Below are positions 37,701 to 46,205 of a stretch of 64,000 nucleotides of DNA, piece after piece. The stretch is from Polyangiaceae bacterium (GTDB taxonomy: Bacteria; Myxococcota_A; Polyangia; Polyangiales; Polyangiaceae). The notes under the pieces are model-generated. The model was not told the origin of the DNA, ran no database searches, and was given only the letters and a program-made list of their open reading frames with translations. Within the stretch, counting starts at the first letter, position 1, and each line of letters begins with the position of its first letter. Position numbers and translations under genes: made by a program. The stretch covers positions 1 through 64,000 of the forward strand of contig JBGANF010000032.1 of NCBI GenBank assembly GCA_044222475.1. Reading direction: 5' to 3'.

Positions 37701-40133
37701 CGTGCGGCCTACGCCGCCCGCGGCGACGCCGCCTCGGTCGTCACCCTCGTCGAGAAAGAGCTCAAGACGGCGGAGGGCAACATGGCGAAGGCCAGGCTGC
37801 ACGCCGAGCTCGCGAAGCTCTATCACCAGCAGCTGCGCGACGAGGGCAAGGCCGCGGCCGCGGCCAAGCTCGCGTCGGAGCTCGATCCGACCAACGCCGA
37901 CGCCCAGATGATCCTCGGCGACATCGCGTTCGACGGTGGCCGGTTCCTCGAAGCGGCGCGGTCGTACGACGGTCTCGTCTCGCGCGCCGGGATGTTCGCC
38001 AAGGAAGACGCGCTCCGCGTCCTCGTTCGCTTCCTCGAGGCGTCGTCGAAGATCCAGCCGAGCATGTCGGTCGTCCCGCCGTCGGGCTCGTCGCCCGACC
38101 TCACGCCACACGCGAAGCCGGTCTCGAACCCGAAGGTCCTCGCCGCCGCCGAGGCGCTTCAGAAGCTCGCCCCCGGCGACGCCGCCACCGCGGCGCAGGC
38201 CGCGAAGGCCGTCTTCGAGCACGGAGACCCCGCCGTCGCGCGCAAGATGTACGAGGAGCTCCTCGACAAGTTCGGCGCGAAGATGGTCGGCGCCGAGAAG
38301 GCCGAGGCGCTCTACGGTCTCGGCGAGAGCGCCCGTCGCATGGGCGATCTCGACTACGCGATGCGCCCCCTCCGCGACGCGTCCGATGCCGATCCGTCGA
38401 ACGGTCGCCCGCTCCGCGCGCTCGGCCGAATCTACGAGGCTCGCGAGGACTGGCGAGAGGCGATCCGCATCAAGCGGCGCCGCCTCGAGATGGCGGTCGG
38501 TGCCGAGCGGTTCGAGCTCTTCCTCGAGATCGGCGACCTCGAGTCGCAGAAGCTCAAGGACCTGAAGGGCGCGCTCAACAGCTACGCCGCGGCGCTCGAA
38601 GAGCGGCCCGACGACCGCAAGCTCCTCACGCGCCTCATGCAGCTCTACTCGGAGGAGAAGGACTGGGCGAAGCTCGTCGAGGTCGTGCTCCGTCTCGCCG
38701 ACTTCGTCGACGATCCGAAGCAGCGCGCGAAGTACATGCAGACTGCAGCCATCGTGTCGGCTCGGCAGATGGGCGACATCGACTCGGCGCTCGTCTATTT
38801 CGATCGTGCGCTCGAGTTCGATCCCGGCAACCCGAAAGCGATCGACGAAGCGCTCGAGCTTCGCCGGCAAAAGGGCGACCACGACGGCGTCGAGCGGATG
38901 CTCAAGCTGCAGCTCGATCTCGCGAAAGAAGCTCAGGATCGCACGAAGATCCCGCTCATCCTCGACCAGCTCGGCCAGCTCTACCACAAGTTCCTCGGCG
39001 AGCCGGAGATGGCCATCGACGCGTACGAAGCCGCGCAGGCGTTCGATCCCGATAGCAAGGATCGCGGCGAGATCCTCGCCGAGCTCTACGCGAGCGACGT
39101 GACGCAGTACCTCGACAAGGCGGTCAAGGCCCAGGCGGCGATCCTGCGCAAGAACCCGTACCGCGTCGAGAGCTACAAGCTCCTCCGTCGTCTCTACACC
39201 GAGTCGAAGCGGGCCGACCCGGCGTGGTGCCTCTCGCAGGCGCTCAGCGTGCTCAACCTCGCCGAGCCCGACGAGCAGCGCTTCTACCTGCGTCACCGCG
39301 CCGACAACGCCGCTCCGGCGCAGGCCGTCCTCACCGACGAGGACTGGGCGAAGATGGCGCACTTCGAGCAGGACGTGCTCCTCACGCGCATCTTCGCGAT
39401 GATTCAGCCGACGATCATCCGCGCGCGCACGCAGCCGCTCGAGGCGCAAGGGTACGATCCGCGGTACGCGATCGATCTCTCGCTCCACCCGTATCCGGTG
39501 TCGCAGACGCTCTACTACGTGCAGGGCGTGCTCGGCATGCAGGCGCCGAAGGTCTTCCAGAACCCGAACGACGCCGGCGGCCTCGGCTTCATCCACGCGC
39601 ACACGCCGGCGATCGTCCTCGGTCGCATGGCGTTCGAGGCGCAGGTGCCGACTCAATCGATGGCGTTCGTCGCCGGTCGTCACCTCGCGTACTTCCGCCC
39701 GGGCTACTACGTGAGGCATCTCGTCCCGACCGGCACGGGTCTCAAGGCGTGGCTCTTCGCGGCCATCAAGACGTGCGCCCCGCAGTTCCCGGTCAGCGCC
39801 GATCTTCAGGGCCCGGTTCAAGAGTCGATGCAGGCGATGGGCGTCGACTTCCAGGGTGCGAACAAGGAGCGCCTCGCGAGCCTCGTCTCGAAGCTGCTTC
39901 AGGGCGGCGGAGCGCTCGACCTGAAGAAGTGGGTCGCGTCGGTGGACCTCACCGCCGACCGCGCGGGCTTCCTCCTCGCGCACGACCTCCAGATGGCGAC
40001 CGAGGTCATCCGCGCGACCGAGGACGGCGCGAGCGTACCTGGCAAGGAGCGCGTGAAAGAAGTAGTACTCTTCAGCGTCAGCGAGGAGTACTTCGAGCTG
40101 CGCCAGAAGCTCGGCATCTCCGTGGACTCGTGA
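34752..40133 (+). CDS. 1793-aa protein: small helical N-domain, degenerate Ser/Thr kinase, long TPR solenoid, C-terminal domain
   Basis: VHGDLK, IDFGG, IAPEQ, TDVYAFGAMLYELLSGKPPF; many TPR-like repeats. Confidence 0.9.
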   Translation: MSVDILRSELERLFSLEELTTLSSKLLGLDPKEVGGEGAKATFARSLAERCLESDRIEALLDVLLVQKKDIDPRVRDVAALLGEDDLAAGKTFGPYTVDKKLSSTELGVVYLAKKDGKVHLLKTLRREAARDRRAVQRFLTANRLAAAVAHDGLPKGLDAGEIDGTPYVAYENIDAQPLSARLARTGPSHINELRPILKGILEALAALHRAGLVHGDLKTDHVLVGRGDGPQAVKIVLIDFGGDRLRPRLAPTGGQPGFLAVFGSPKTIAPEQIRGKAADARTDVYAFGAMLYELLSGKPPFAVDSPADAALAHVSQVPEPPSAKAPRGWVSKEVDAFVLSLLAKDPGQRPKDATALLDVVESVGKPAAAKTATASLPPEKLDELVDALVASPESPEAAMALEKAVDQVAEPIKIAEAFAMAADQLEVKTDDDKETKKSLLFRAGRIFDQHVKDKARAEDMYALITELDPDDDIASVALESVRKAQGKFGEIVEMLLARSEKAKTTEQRARIMAEIGHITANELDDPEQGLIAYTQALCELPTDESFVQEIERLAGHKVERWNEVLGTVTEAIKADSLTQSDKNALLSNAARWYESKIGRADMALLAYQQILVTEPASEIAAEGLTHIYRKAQQWPELANALVTRADAAGQSPRGRDLRVEAAEIFESRLGDVKRAKDIYGLVLQDDPGHAKAVDALGRIAEREGDYKTFVGLLERRAEARRGQERAEVLGKIAEVYEDHLSDLGEATRRYEAVLAIDGTNLAALKGLDRIFNRQGRYRELLEILEKQVSVAATPRQKINLYERMAALYDEEFLDHVKAAESLEAMLAIDGSNDAALTGLARHYRAQGKWEEVVKLYERHAAVTTDEARKVELLITRARTLGDQIGSPDRATKAYEQVVELVPGHPGALDALARLKEQSGDANAALSAIEALAGKAATPEAKAEAWIRAAKLLEGRGDRDGAIERYKQALEANPKDAGAAASLRAAYAARGDAASVVTLVEKELKTAEGNMAKARLHAELAKLYHQQLRDEGKAAAAAKLASELDPTNADAQMILGDIAFDGGRFLEAARSYDGLVSRAGMFAKEDALRVLVRFLEASSKIQPSMSVVPPSGSSPDLTPHAKPVSNPKVLAAAEALQKLAPGDAATAAQAAKAVFEHGDPAVARKMYEELLDKFGAKMVGAEKAEALYGLGESARRMGDLDYAMRPLRDASDADPSNGRPLRALGRIYEAREDWREAIRIKRRRLEMAVGAERFELFLEIGDLESQKLKDLKGALNSYAAALEERPDDRKLLTRLMQLYSEEKDWAKLVEVVLRLADFVDDPKQRAKYMQTAAIVSARQMGDIDSALVYFDRALEFDPGNPKAIDEALELRRQKGDHDGVERMLKLQLDLAKEAQDRTKIPLILDQLGQLYHKFLGEPEMAIDAYEAAQAFDPDSKDRGEILAELYASDVTQYLDKAVKAQAAILRKNPYRVESYKLLRRLYTESKRADPAWCLSQALSVLNLAEPDEQRFYLRHRADNAAPAQAVLTDEDWAKMAHFEQDVLLTRIFAMIQPTIIRARTQPLEAQGYDPRYAIDLSLHPYPVSQTLYYVQGVLGMQAPKVFQNPNDAGGLGFIHAHTPAIVLGRMAFEAQVPTQSMAFVAGRHLAYFRPGYYVRHLVPTGTGLKAWLFAAIKTCAPQFPVSADLQGPVQESMQAMGVDFQGANKERLASLVSKLLQGGGALDLKKWVASVDLTADRAGFLLAHDLQMATEVIRATEDGASVPGKERVKEVVLFSVSEEYFELRQKLGISVDS

Positions 40134-40141
40134 GGCTCGAC

Positions 40142-40900
40142 ATGCGAAGCGGTTCTTTCAAGCTCGTTCTCCTCGTGGCCGGCTCCGTCGTTGCCTGCAG
40201 CTCCGGCACGACCACGACCACCCCGACCGACGCCGGAGGCGGTGACGCGAAGGACGCCGCTGCCACCTTCACCCAGAAGGGGAAGATCGTCGACTTCGAC
40301 TCCGGCAAGGGCGTGGCCAACGTGACCGTGACCGCGACGGCCGCGAGCGGCACGTTCACCGCCACCACCGACTCGACTGGCGTCTACTCGCTGGTCGTGC
40401 CGCAGAACGTCCCCTACACGATGTCGCTCACCGGCGGGAACTACCTCAAGCTGATCGAGCAGGAGTGGTCGCTCACCGGGGACGCGGATCGTGGCAACAC
40501 TCGCTTCGTCTCGCAGGACACGCAGAACTTCCTGCAGACACTGCTCACCGGCTACGACGCGAAGCTCGCGGTCGTCAGCATCGGGCTCACCAAGCTCGCG
40601 AGCTGCACGGCATCGCTCGACGGGGTCACCCTCGCGCTGGAGAACCCCGGCGCCGCCCAGGTGAAGTATTTCAAGGGCGGATTCCCGAACGGCACCGCCG
40701 TCGCCGAGGGCGCATCGCCGTCGGCCCTCTTCTACAACGTCACGCCGGGCGCCCCGATCAAGCTCGTGCTGACCGGGACGACGTGCAAGCTCGCTGCCTT
40801 CCCTCAGAAGGACACGACCGCCCCGACGATCTCGTACACCGGCAACGTGGTGAGCGAGGCTGGACAAGCGGCATCCTTCGGTCGCTTCTTCCTGGAGTGA
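40142..40900 (+). CDS. Lipoprotein with carboxypeptidase-regulatory-like domain
   Basis: Lipobox VVAC; GKIVDFDSGKGVANVTV...ATTDSTGVYSL. Confidence 0.8.
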   Translation: MRSGSFKLVLLVAGSVVACSSGTTTTTPTDAGGGDAKDAAATFTQKGKIVDFDSGKGVANVTVTATAASGTFTATTDSTGVYSLVVPQNVPYTMSLTGGNYLKLIEQEWSLTGDADRGNTRFVSQDTQNFLQTLLTGYDAKLAVVSIGLTKLASCTASLDGVTLALENPGAAQVKYFKGGFPNGTAVAEGASPSALFYNVTPGAPIKLVLTGTTCKLAAFPQKDTTAPTISYTGNVVSEAGQAASFGRFFLE

Positions 40901-40901
40901 C

Positions 40902-42236
40902 GTGAAGCGAGGCTTGTCGCTCACGCTGCTCGCGCTCGGCGCGCTCGCGGCGTGCAAGGACACACCGCAGAAGACCGACTCCGCAGCGAAGAGCGCGGCG
41001 GCGACCTCGGTCGCTGCGCCTGTCGCTTCGGCGGCGCCGCCGCCCAAGGTCGATCCGAACGTGATCCTCATCACGGTCGACTGCCTCCGCGCCGACATGC
41101 CGTGGGCCGGCTACGCGCGCCCGATCGCCCCGCGCCTCACGGCGCTGGCGGAGAAGGCGGTGGTGTACACGCACGCGTACTCGGCGTCGTCGTACACGTC
41201 GATGAGCCTGGGCGGGCTCCTCTCGGGGAAGCTTCCCGGCGAGCTCAAGCGGGATGGCTACTTCTTCGGCGCGTACGCGAAGGACAACCTCTTCTTCCCC
41301 GAGGCGATCCAGGCGGCGAAGCTGAAGACGCTCTCGGCACACGCTCACGGCTACTTCAAGGACGCGGGGTTCAACCAAGGCTTCGACCAGTGGGAGCTCG
41401 TCCCGAACCTGAAGTGGAACAACCTCACCGACGAGAACGTCACCTCGCCGGAGCTCGAGGCCATCGCCGAGAAGCAGCTCGGGACTCTCGCCGACGGCGA
41501 TCGGTTCTTCGCCTGGTACCACTTCCTCGATCCCCACGACGGGTACATGTCCCACGACGGCATCGACTGGGGGAAGACGATGCGCGACCGCTACGACGCC
41601 GAGGTCACGTTCACCGACCAGTCGATCGGCAAGCTCCTCGACTTCATCGCGTCGAAGCCGTGGGGGCCGAAGACGGTCATCGTCGTCACGGCCGACCACG
41701 GCGAGTCGTTCGGCGAGCACGGCCGCTTCCTGCACGGCTTCGAGCTCTGGGAGAATCTGGTTCGCGTTCCGCTCTTCTTCGTCGTACCGGGAGTCGCGCC
41801 GAAGAAGATCGACGTCTCGCGGAGCGCGCTCGATCTCGCGCCGACGATCCTCGAGCTGCTCGGCGTTCCGCCGGCAGAGGGCCTCGAAGGAACGAGCCTC
41901 GTGCCCGAGCTCCGCGCCGGGTGCGACGCGGCGCCGTGCGCCGAGCGGGACATCGCGATCGATCTCCCGGCCACCAGCGACAACGAGAAGCGGCGCGCGC
42001 TGATCCACGGCAAGCGCAAGGCGATCAGCTTCGGCGCGACCGGGTACGTGCAGCTCTTCGATCTCGCGGCCGACCCCGACGAGGCGCATCCCATCGTCGC
42101 CGGGCCCGACTACCAGGAAGCGGTCACCCGGATGCGCGACTTCGAGAAGAACGTGAAGGACGTCCTGCCGACGACGTGCCGCGACGCCTGCCTCGCTGGT
42201 GGGTACCAGAAATCCAAGGACGGAGGGACCCAGTGA
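40902..42236 (+). CDS. Sulfatase / alkaline-phosphatase superfamily lipoprotein
   Basis: LAAC; NVILITVDCLRAD, HFLDPH, VTADHGE, VRVPL, FDLAADPDE. Confidence 0.88.
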   Translation: MKRGLSLTLLALGALAACKDTPQKTDSAAKSAAATSVAAPVASAAPPPKVDPNVILITVDCLRADMPWAGYARPIAPRLTALAEKAVVYTHAYSASSYTSMSLGGLLSGKLPGELKRDGYFFGAYAKDNLFFPEAIQAAKLKTLSAHAHGYFKDAGFNQGFDQWELVPNLKWNNLTDENVTSPELEAIAEKQLGTLADGDRFFAWYHFLDPHDGYMSHDGIDWGKTMRDRYDAEVTFTDQSIGKLLDFIASKPWGPKTVIVVTADHGESFGEHGRFLHGFELWENLVRVPLFFVVPGVAPKKIDVSRSALDLAPTILELLGVPPAEGLEGTSLVPELRAGCDAAPCAERDIAIDLPATSDNEKRRALIHGKRKAISFGATGYVQLFDLAADPDEAHPIVAGPDYQEAVTRMRDFEKNVKDVLPTTCRDACLAGGYQKSKDGGTQ

Positions 42237-42952
42237 TCCAAGCGATCCCCTGCTTGCGCGACAACTACGCCTACCTCGTTCGCTGTCCGGAGACGGGGCG
42301 AAGCGCGATCGTCGATCCCTCGGAGGCGCCGCCCGTCGTCGCGGCGCTCGGGGGCCAGAAGATCGACGAGATCTGGTGCACGCATCATCACCACGACCAC
42401 GTCGGTGGAAACGAAGCGCTCGCCGACGCGCTCGGCATCACGCGCGTCGTCGGACACGCGTCCGACAAGGGGCGCATCCCGCGGCAGAGCGTGTTCCTGG
42501 AAGACGGCGACGCGTTCACGCTCGGTGCACTCCGGGTGCGGGTGCTGCACGTGCCCGGGCACACGTCGGGTGCGCTCGCGTACGTCGTCGAGGGCGACGG
42601 CGCGCCGGCGGTCTTCACCGGAGACACGCTGTTCCTGGCCGGGTGCGGGCGGCTCTTCGAAGGCACTCCGGCGACGATGTTCACGTCGCTCGCGAAGCTC
42701 GCGGCGCTCTCGCCGGAGACGCGGGTGTTCTGCGGGCACGAGTACACGCAGAGCAACCTGAAGTTCGCGGCGTTCGTGGAGCCCGAGAGCACGTCCATCG
42801 CCGAAGCGGCGGCGGCGGCGGCCGCGCTTCGTGAAGCCGGCCGGCCGACGGTCCCGGGACTCTTGGCGTCCGAGCTCGCGACGAACCCGTTCCTCCGGGC
42901 GAAGACCGTGGAAGAGCTGGCGGAACGCCGAGCAAAAAAAGACGTCTTCTAG
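42233..42952 (+). CDS. gloB: Hydroxyacylglutathione hydrolase (glyoxalase II)
   Basis: DNYAYL, THHHHDHVGG, PGHT, FTGDTLFLAGCGR, CGHEYT, NPFLR. Confidence 0.94.
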   Translation: MIQAIPCLRDNYAYLVRCPETGRSAIVDPSEAPPVVAALGGQKIDEIWCTHHHHDHVGGNEALADALGITRVVGHASDKGRIPRQSVFLEDGDAFTLGALRVRVLHVPGHTSGALAYVVEGDGAPAVFTGDTLFLAGCGRLFEGTPATMFTSLAKLAALSPETRVFCGHEYTQSNLKFAAFVEPESTSIAEAAAAAAALREAGRPTVPGLLASELATNPFLRAKTVEELAERRAKKDVF

Positions 42953-42962
42953 AAGAGAGAGA

Positions 42963-43094
42963 GAACCGCCAGGGCGCCAGGACGCCCGGGAAACGCCCAA
43001 GAGGGGGTTGGGCTCCCGATGTACCAAGGTGGTACATCGGATGCCAACTCCCCAACGAGTTCGGACCCCTGGCGCTCCTGGCGCCCTGGCGTTC
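42963..43094. repeat. Nested palindromic intergenic element (REP-like)
   Basis: Outer arms gaaccgccagggcgccagga / tcctggcgccctggcgttc; inner stem ccgatgtacc / ggtacatcgg; lies between convergent genes. Confidence 0.85.
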
Positions 43095-43102
43095 CCTTGC
43101 TT

Positions 43103-44296
43103 CTAGCCAGGGTCGTCGCCTTCGCCGCCGGTTTCGACGTAGCGAGTCAACGCTTCGCGCTCCGCTTCGAGGTGCGGAATCAACGCCGCCTGCAGCCGCG
43201 GGTGCTCCACGTGGTGCGCCGAGTAGGTGAGTGCCGGCGCGAAGCCCCGCACTCGCTTGTGTTCGCCGCCTGCGCCGGGCTCGAACACATCGAGCTTGCG
43301 CTCGATGCACTCCTTCACGCCGTGGTAGTAGCAGACGTGAAAGTGGAGGAACGGCATCTCCACGTCGGCGCCCCAGTAGCGCCCGTAGAGGCGTTTCCCC
43401 TTCGTGACGTTGAAGGCTCCGGCGATCGGCGTCCCGTCCTTCGTCGCGAACACCCACGCGAGTCGCTCCCGAAAGCGCTCGGCGACGAGCTCGAAGAAGC
43501 GCAGGTTCAGGTAGCGCCGGCCCCACGCGAACTTGTCGACCGTCGCCCCGTAGAAGCGGTGCATCGTCTTCGCCACGGCAGCGTCGAGCTCTTCGGCAGC
43601 GAGCGTCCGAATGACGACTCCGTCTTTCTCTGCTTGCCCGACCTCGCGCTTGAGCTGGTGGCGCCGCTTCGCGTTGAACGACGCGAGGAAGTCGTTCCAG
43701 CTCCCGTACCCGCGGTTTCGAAAGTGGTACTGAACGCCGTACCGCAGCAGGTACCCCTGCTCGACCCAGACCTTCGCGGTCCGCTCCGGCGGAAACAAGA
43801 GGTGCACGCCGTGCGCGCCGAGCTCGCGCGCGACGCCGCGCGCCGCCCCGGCGAACGCGCGCTCCATCGCGACTCGGTCGAAGCCCTTCGCGACGAGGAT
43901 GCGCTCCCCGGTCGCCGGAGTGAACGGCACCGCGACGATGAGCTTGGGGTAGTACGGGCGGCCCATGCGCTGGGATGCGTCGGCCCACGACCAGTCGAAG
44001 ACGAACTCGCCTTCGCTGTTCCCCTTGAGGTACATCGGCGCCGCCGCGACGAGCTTCTTGTCGGCACCCTTGCCGGCGTACGCCACGAGGTGACACGGAC
44101 CCCACGCCGCGCCGCGCCCGCGCTCGCCGCCGACGCACCCGGCCTCCTCGAGGCAGTCGAGCCACGTCCACTCGACGAACGGTGACGAGTCCTCGTCGCA
44201 GAGCGCGTCCCACTCCGCGCGCGGGATCTCGTTCACGCGCGAGACGACCCGGACCTCGAGCTCGGTGACGGAGTCGGTCAGCGATCCTCCCGGCAC
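43103..44296 (-). CDS. FemAB-like GNAT protein (DUF482)
   Basis: EGEFVFDWSWA, YYPKLIVAVPFTP, LYGRYWG, LHFHVCYY, FEPGAGGEHK; start either GTG 44296 or CTG 44281. Confidence 0.9.
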   Translation of the reverse strand: MPGGSLTDSVTELEVRVVSRVNEIPRAEWDALCDEDSSPFVEWTWLDCLEEAGCVGGERGRGAAWGPCHLVAYAGKGADKKLVAAAPMYLKGNSEGEFVFDWSWADASQRMGRPYYPKLIVAVPFTPATGERILVAKGFDRVAMERAFAGAARGVARELGAHGVHLLFPPERTAKVWVEQGYLLRYGVQYHFRNRGYGSWNDFLASFNAKRRHQLKREVGQAEKDGVVIRTLAAEELDAAVAKTMHRFYGATVDKFAWGRRYLNLRFFELVAERFRERLAWVFATKDGTPIAGAFNVTKGKRLYGRYWGADVEMPFLHFHVCYYHGVKECIERKLDVFEPGAGGEHKRVRGFAPALTYSAHHVEHPRLQAALIPHLEAEREALTRYVETGGEGDDPG

Positions 44297-44886
44297 AACA
44301 CGAACCAGGCGTCCATGTACTTCCCGCCCTTCATGGCTCGGCCGATGCTGACGTGGTTCGACAGGCCGCGCATGACGTCGACCATGCCGGCGTACACCAA
44401 GCGGCTCAGGCCCGCCTCGTTCGGCTTGATCTCGGGCCAGGCGCCCGGCTTCGACGGCGGGATCTTCAGGTAGTTGATGTCGACCTCGCCCTCGGAGTCG
44501 GCGCGGCCTTCGGGGAGGTGGCTCACGTAGTAGCCAGGGCCGGTGATGGGCGCGAGCGTCTGGTGGTTGTAGCCCCAGAGCTCTGCCGGCGCGGGCTTGC
44601 CATCGACCGCGGCGGGTCGACAGAAGCGCTTCTGGAAGTGCGTGAACGCGGGGAGGGTGTTCTTCCCGTGGTGGATGACCTCGACCAGGGGATCGACCGA
44701 GGTCGGAACGAAGTCGTCGAGGGTGAGCGGCTTGTACCCCCTTGCCGCTTCGAACAGACGCGACTGGATGCCCTTGCCCCACGCCCGAACCATCGCGAGC
44801 CGGCCGACGTGCCCGAGCCCGTCGAGCACCTCCTGGAGGCGCTTGAGGTCGATGTCTTTCTTGTCGAGGAGGACGTCCACGTTCAT
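44278..44886 (-). CDS. Hypothetical protein
   Basis: 202 aa, strong codon bias (HGKNTLPAFTHFQKRFCRP, LWGYN, TGPGYY). Confidence 0.8.
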   Translation of the reverse strand: MNVDVLLDKKDIDLKRLQEVLDGLGHVGRLAMVRAWGKGIQSRLFEAARGYKPLTLDDFVPTSVDPLVEVIHHGKNTLPAFTHFQKRFCRPAAVDGKPAPAELWGYNHQTLAPITGPGYYVSHLPEGRADSEGEVDINYLKIPPSKPGAWPEIKPNEAGLSRLVYAGMVDVMRGLSNHVSIGRAMKGGKYMDAWFVLCREDR

Positions 44887-44950
44887 GGCAAGAGATGTAA
44901 TCCAACGCGGCGCGTTGCGCCATCCGGTGTCAATTCGACTGGGCACGGTC

Positions 44951-45709
44951 TCAGGGTGCCGGCGGGGGGATCGAGCGCGTCCACGTCCCGAGGTAGCGCC
45001 CCTGCACGAGCGGGTGGGCCTCGAAGGCGGAGGGCTCGTCCTCGACCGCAATCTCTCCGTCGAGGAGCAGCGCCGCGCGATCGCAGATGCGGAGCGCCTC
45101 GGCGACGTGGTGATCGGCGAGGACGACCGCGACGCCCTCGTCGGCGAGGCCGCGAAGCAGCCCGGCGAGGTGCGTGGCACCGACCGGATCGACCCCGGCG
45201 AACGGCTCGTCGCAGACGAGCACGTTCGGCCCGGTCACGAGGGCGCGCGCCATCTCGAGGCGCCGCCGCTCTCCTGCCGAGAGCTGTCCTGCGCGCACGC
45301 CGAGGCGATCACCGAGGCTCACGCGGTCGGCCATCTTCTTCGCCTTGCCCTTCACGCCGGCGAGCTCGGCGAAGGTCTCGAGGTTCTCTCGCACGGTGAG
45401 ATCGAACAACACGCTCGGCCCTTGGGGGACGTAGCCCATCCCGGCGCGCGCGCGTCGCCACAGTGGCCAGCGGGTCACGTCCTCGCCGCGAAGGCGCACT
45501 TCGCCGGCGACGGGGATCTCCTCGCCCATGAGCGCGCGGAACAGGGTGGACTTGCCGGCGCCGGAGGGACCGAGCACTCCGAGGACTTCGCCCGCCTTCG
45601 CGTCGACGTCGACGTCGCGGAGGAGCACCGCGTGGCCGCGCTCGACGCGCAGCCCGCGCGCGCTGACTACGACGTCACTCCCGCCGCTCTCGTTCGCCGG
45701 TTCGTTCAC
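44951..45709 (-). CDS. lptB: LptB-like ABC ATPase
   Basis: GPSGAGKS, PLWRRARAGMGYVPQGPSV, LSAGERRRLE, DEPFAGVDP; coupled to an lptA-like gene. Confidence 0.8.
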   Translation of the reverse strand: MNEPANESGGSDVVVSARGLRVERGHAVLLRDVDVDAKAGEVLGVLGPSGAGKSTLFRALMGEEIPVAGEVRLRGEDVTRWPLWRRARAGMGYVPQGPSVLFDLTVRENLETFAELAGVKGKAKKMADRVSLGDRLGVRAGQLSAGERRRLEMARALVTGPNVLVCDEPFAGVDPVGATHLAGLLRGLADEGVAVVLADHHVAEALRICDRAALLLDGEIAVEDEPSAFEAHPLVQGRYLGTWTRSIPPPAP

Positions 45710-46176
45710 TTGGCCGGCGGAACGGGGATCGAGCCTTTGACCTGGGAGAGCGAGACCTTCGCGGTGGCGATGTCGATCGTCGCCTTGTCGGCCTGGAGCC
45801 AACCTTGGCCGCGCGTGAGGCGAACGCCGCCGCGCAGCTCGAGGACCTGCTTGCCGAGATCGAGCTCGACCTCGGGCGCTTCGGCGTGGACGCCGCGCAC
45901 GTCGGCGACGACGCCGCCGGAGCCCTTGAGCCACTTCACGTGCGGCGACGTGTCGAACTTGAGATCGATCCGCGGGCACGCGACCTTGAGGTCGCCCTTG
46001 GAGAGCTGGACCTTGCCGGTCATCACCGCTTCGCCGGCGCTCACGTCGACCTCGACCTTGTCGGCCTGCAAACCGACGGCATCACCGCTGCCGAGCGCGA
46101 GGAGCGGATCGGCGCTCACGAGCGACGGGATCGCGAGCGCGATGGCGAAGCTGGTGAGCGTGAGAAAGCGGCGCAT
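45706..46176 (-). CDS. lptA: LptA/OstA family periplasmic protein
   Basis: Signal peptide; LQADKVEVD, AVMTGKVQLSKG, LRGGVRLTRG beta-jellyroll pattern. Confidence 0.75.
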   Translation of the reverse strand: MRRFLTLTSFAIALAIPSLVSADPLLALGSGDAVGLQADKVEVDVSAGEAVMTGKVQLSKGDLKVACPRIDLKFDTSPHVKWLKGSGGVVADVRGVHAEAPEVELDLGKQVLELRGGVRLTRGQGWLQADKATIDIATAKVSLSQVKGSIPVPPAK

Positions 46177-46205
46177 CTCCAAACAAATTAGCAGGTTTTG
46201 AGCGC

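Noticed and set aside
34731..39983. 1750-aa antisense ORF, and similar long ORFs such as 28905..32537 and 9955..13098
   Set aside because: Stop-poor shadow frames of high-GC genes; the opposite strand carries the recognisable motifs.
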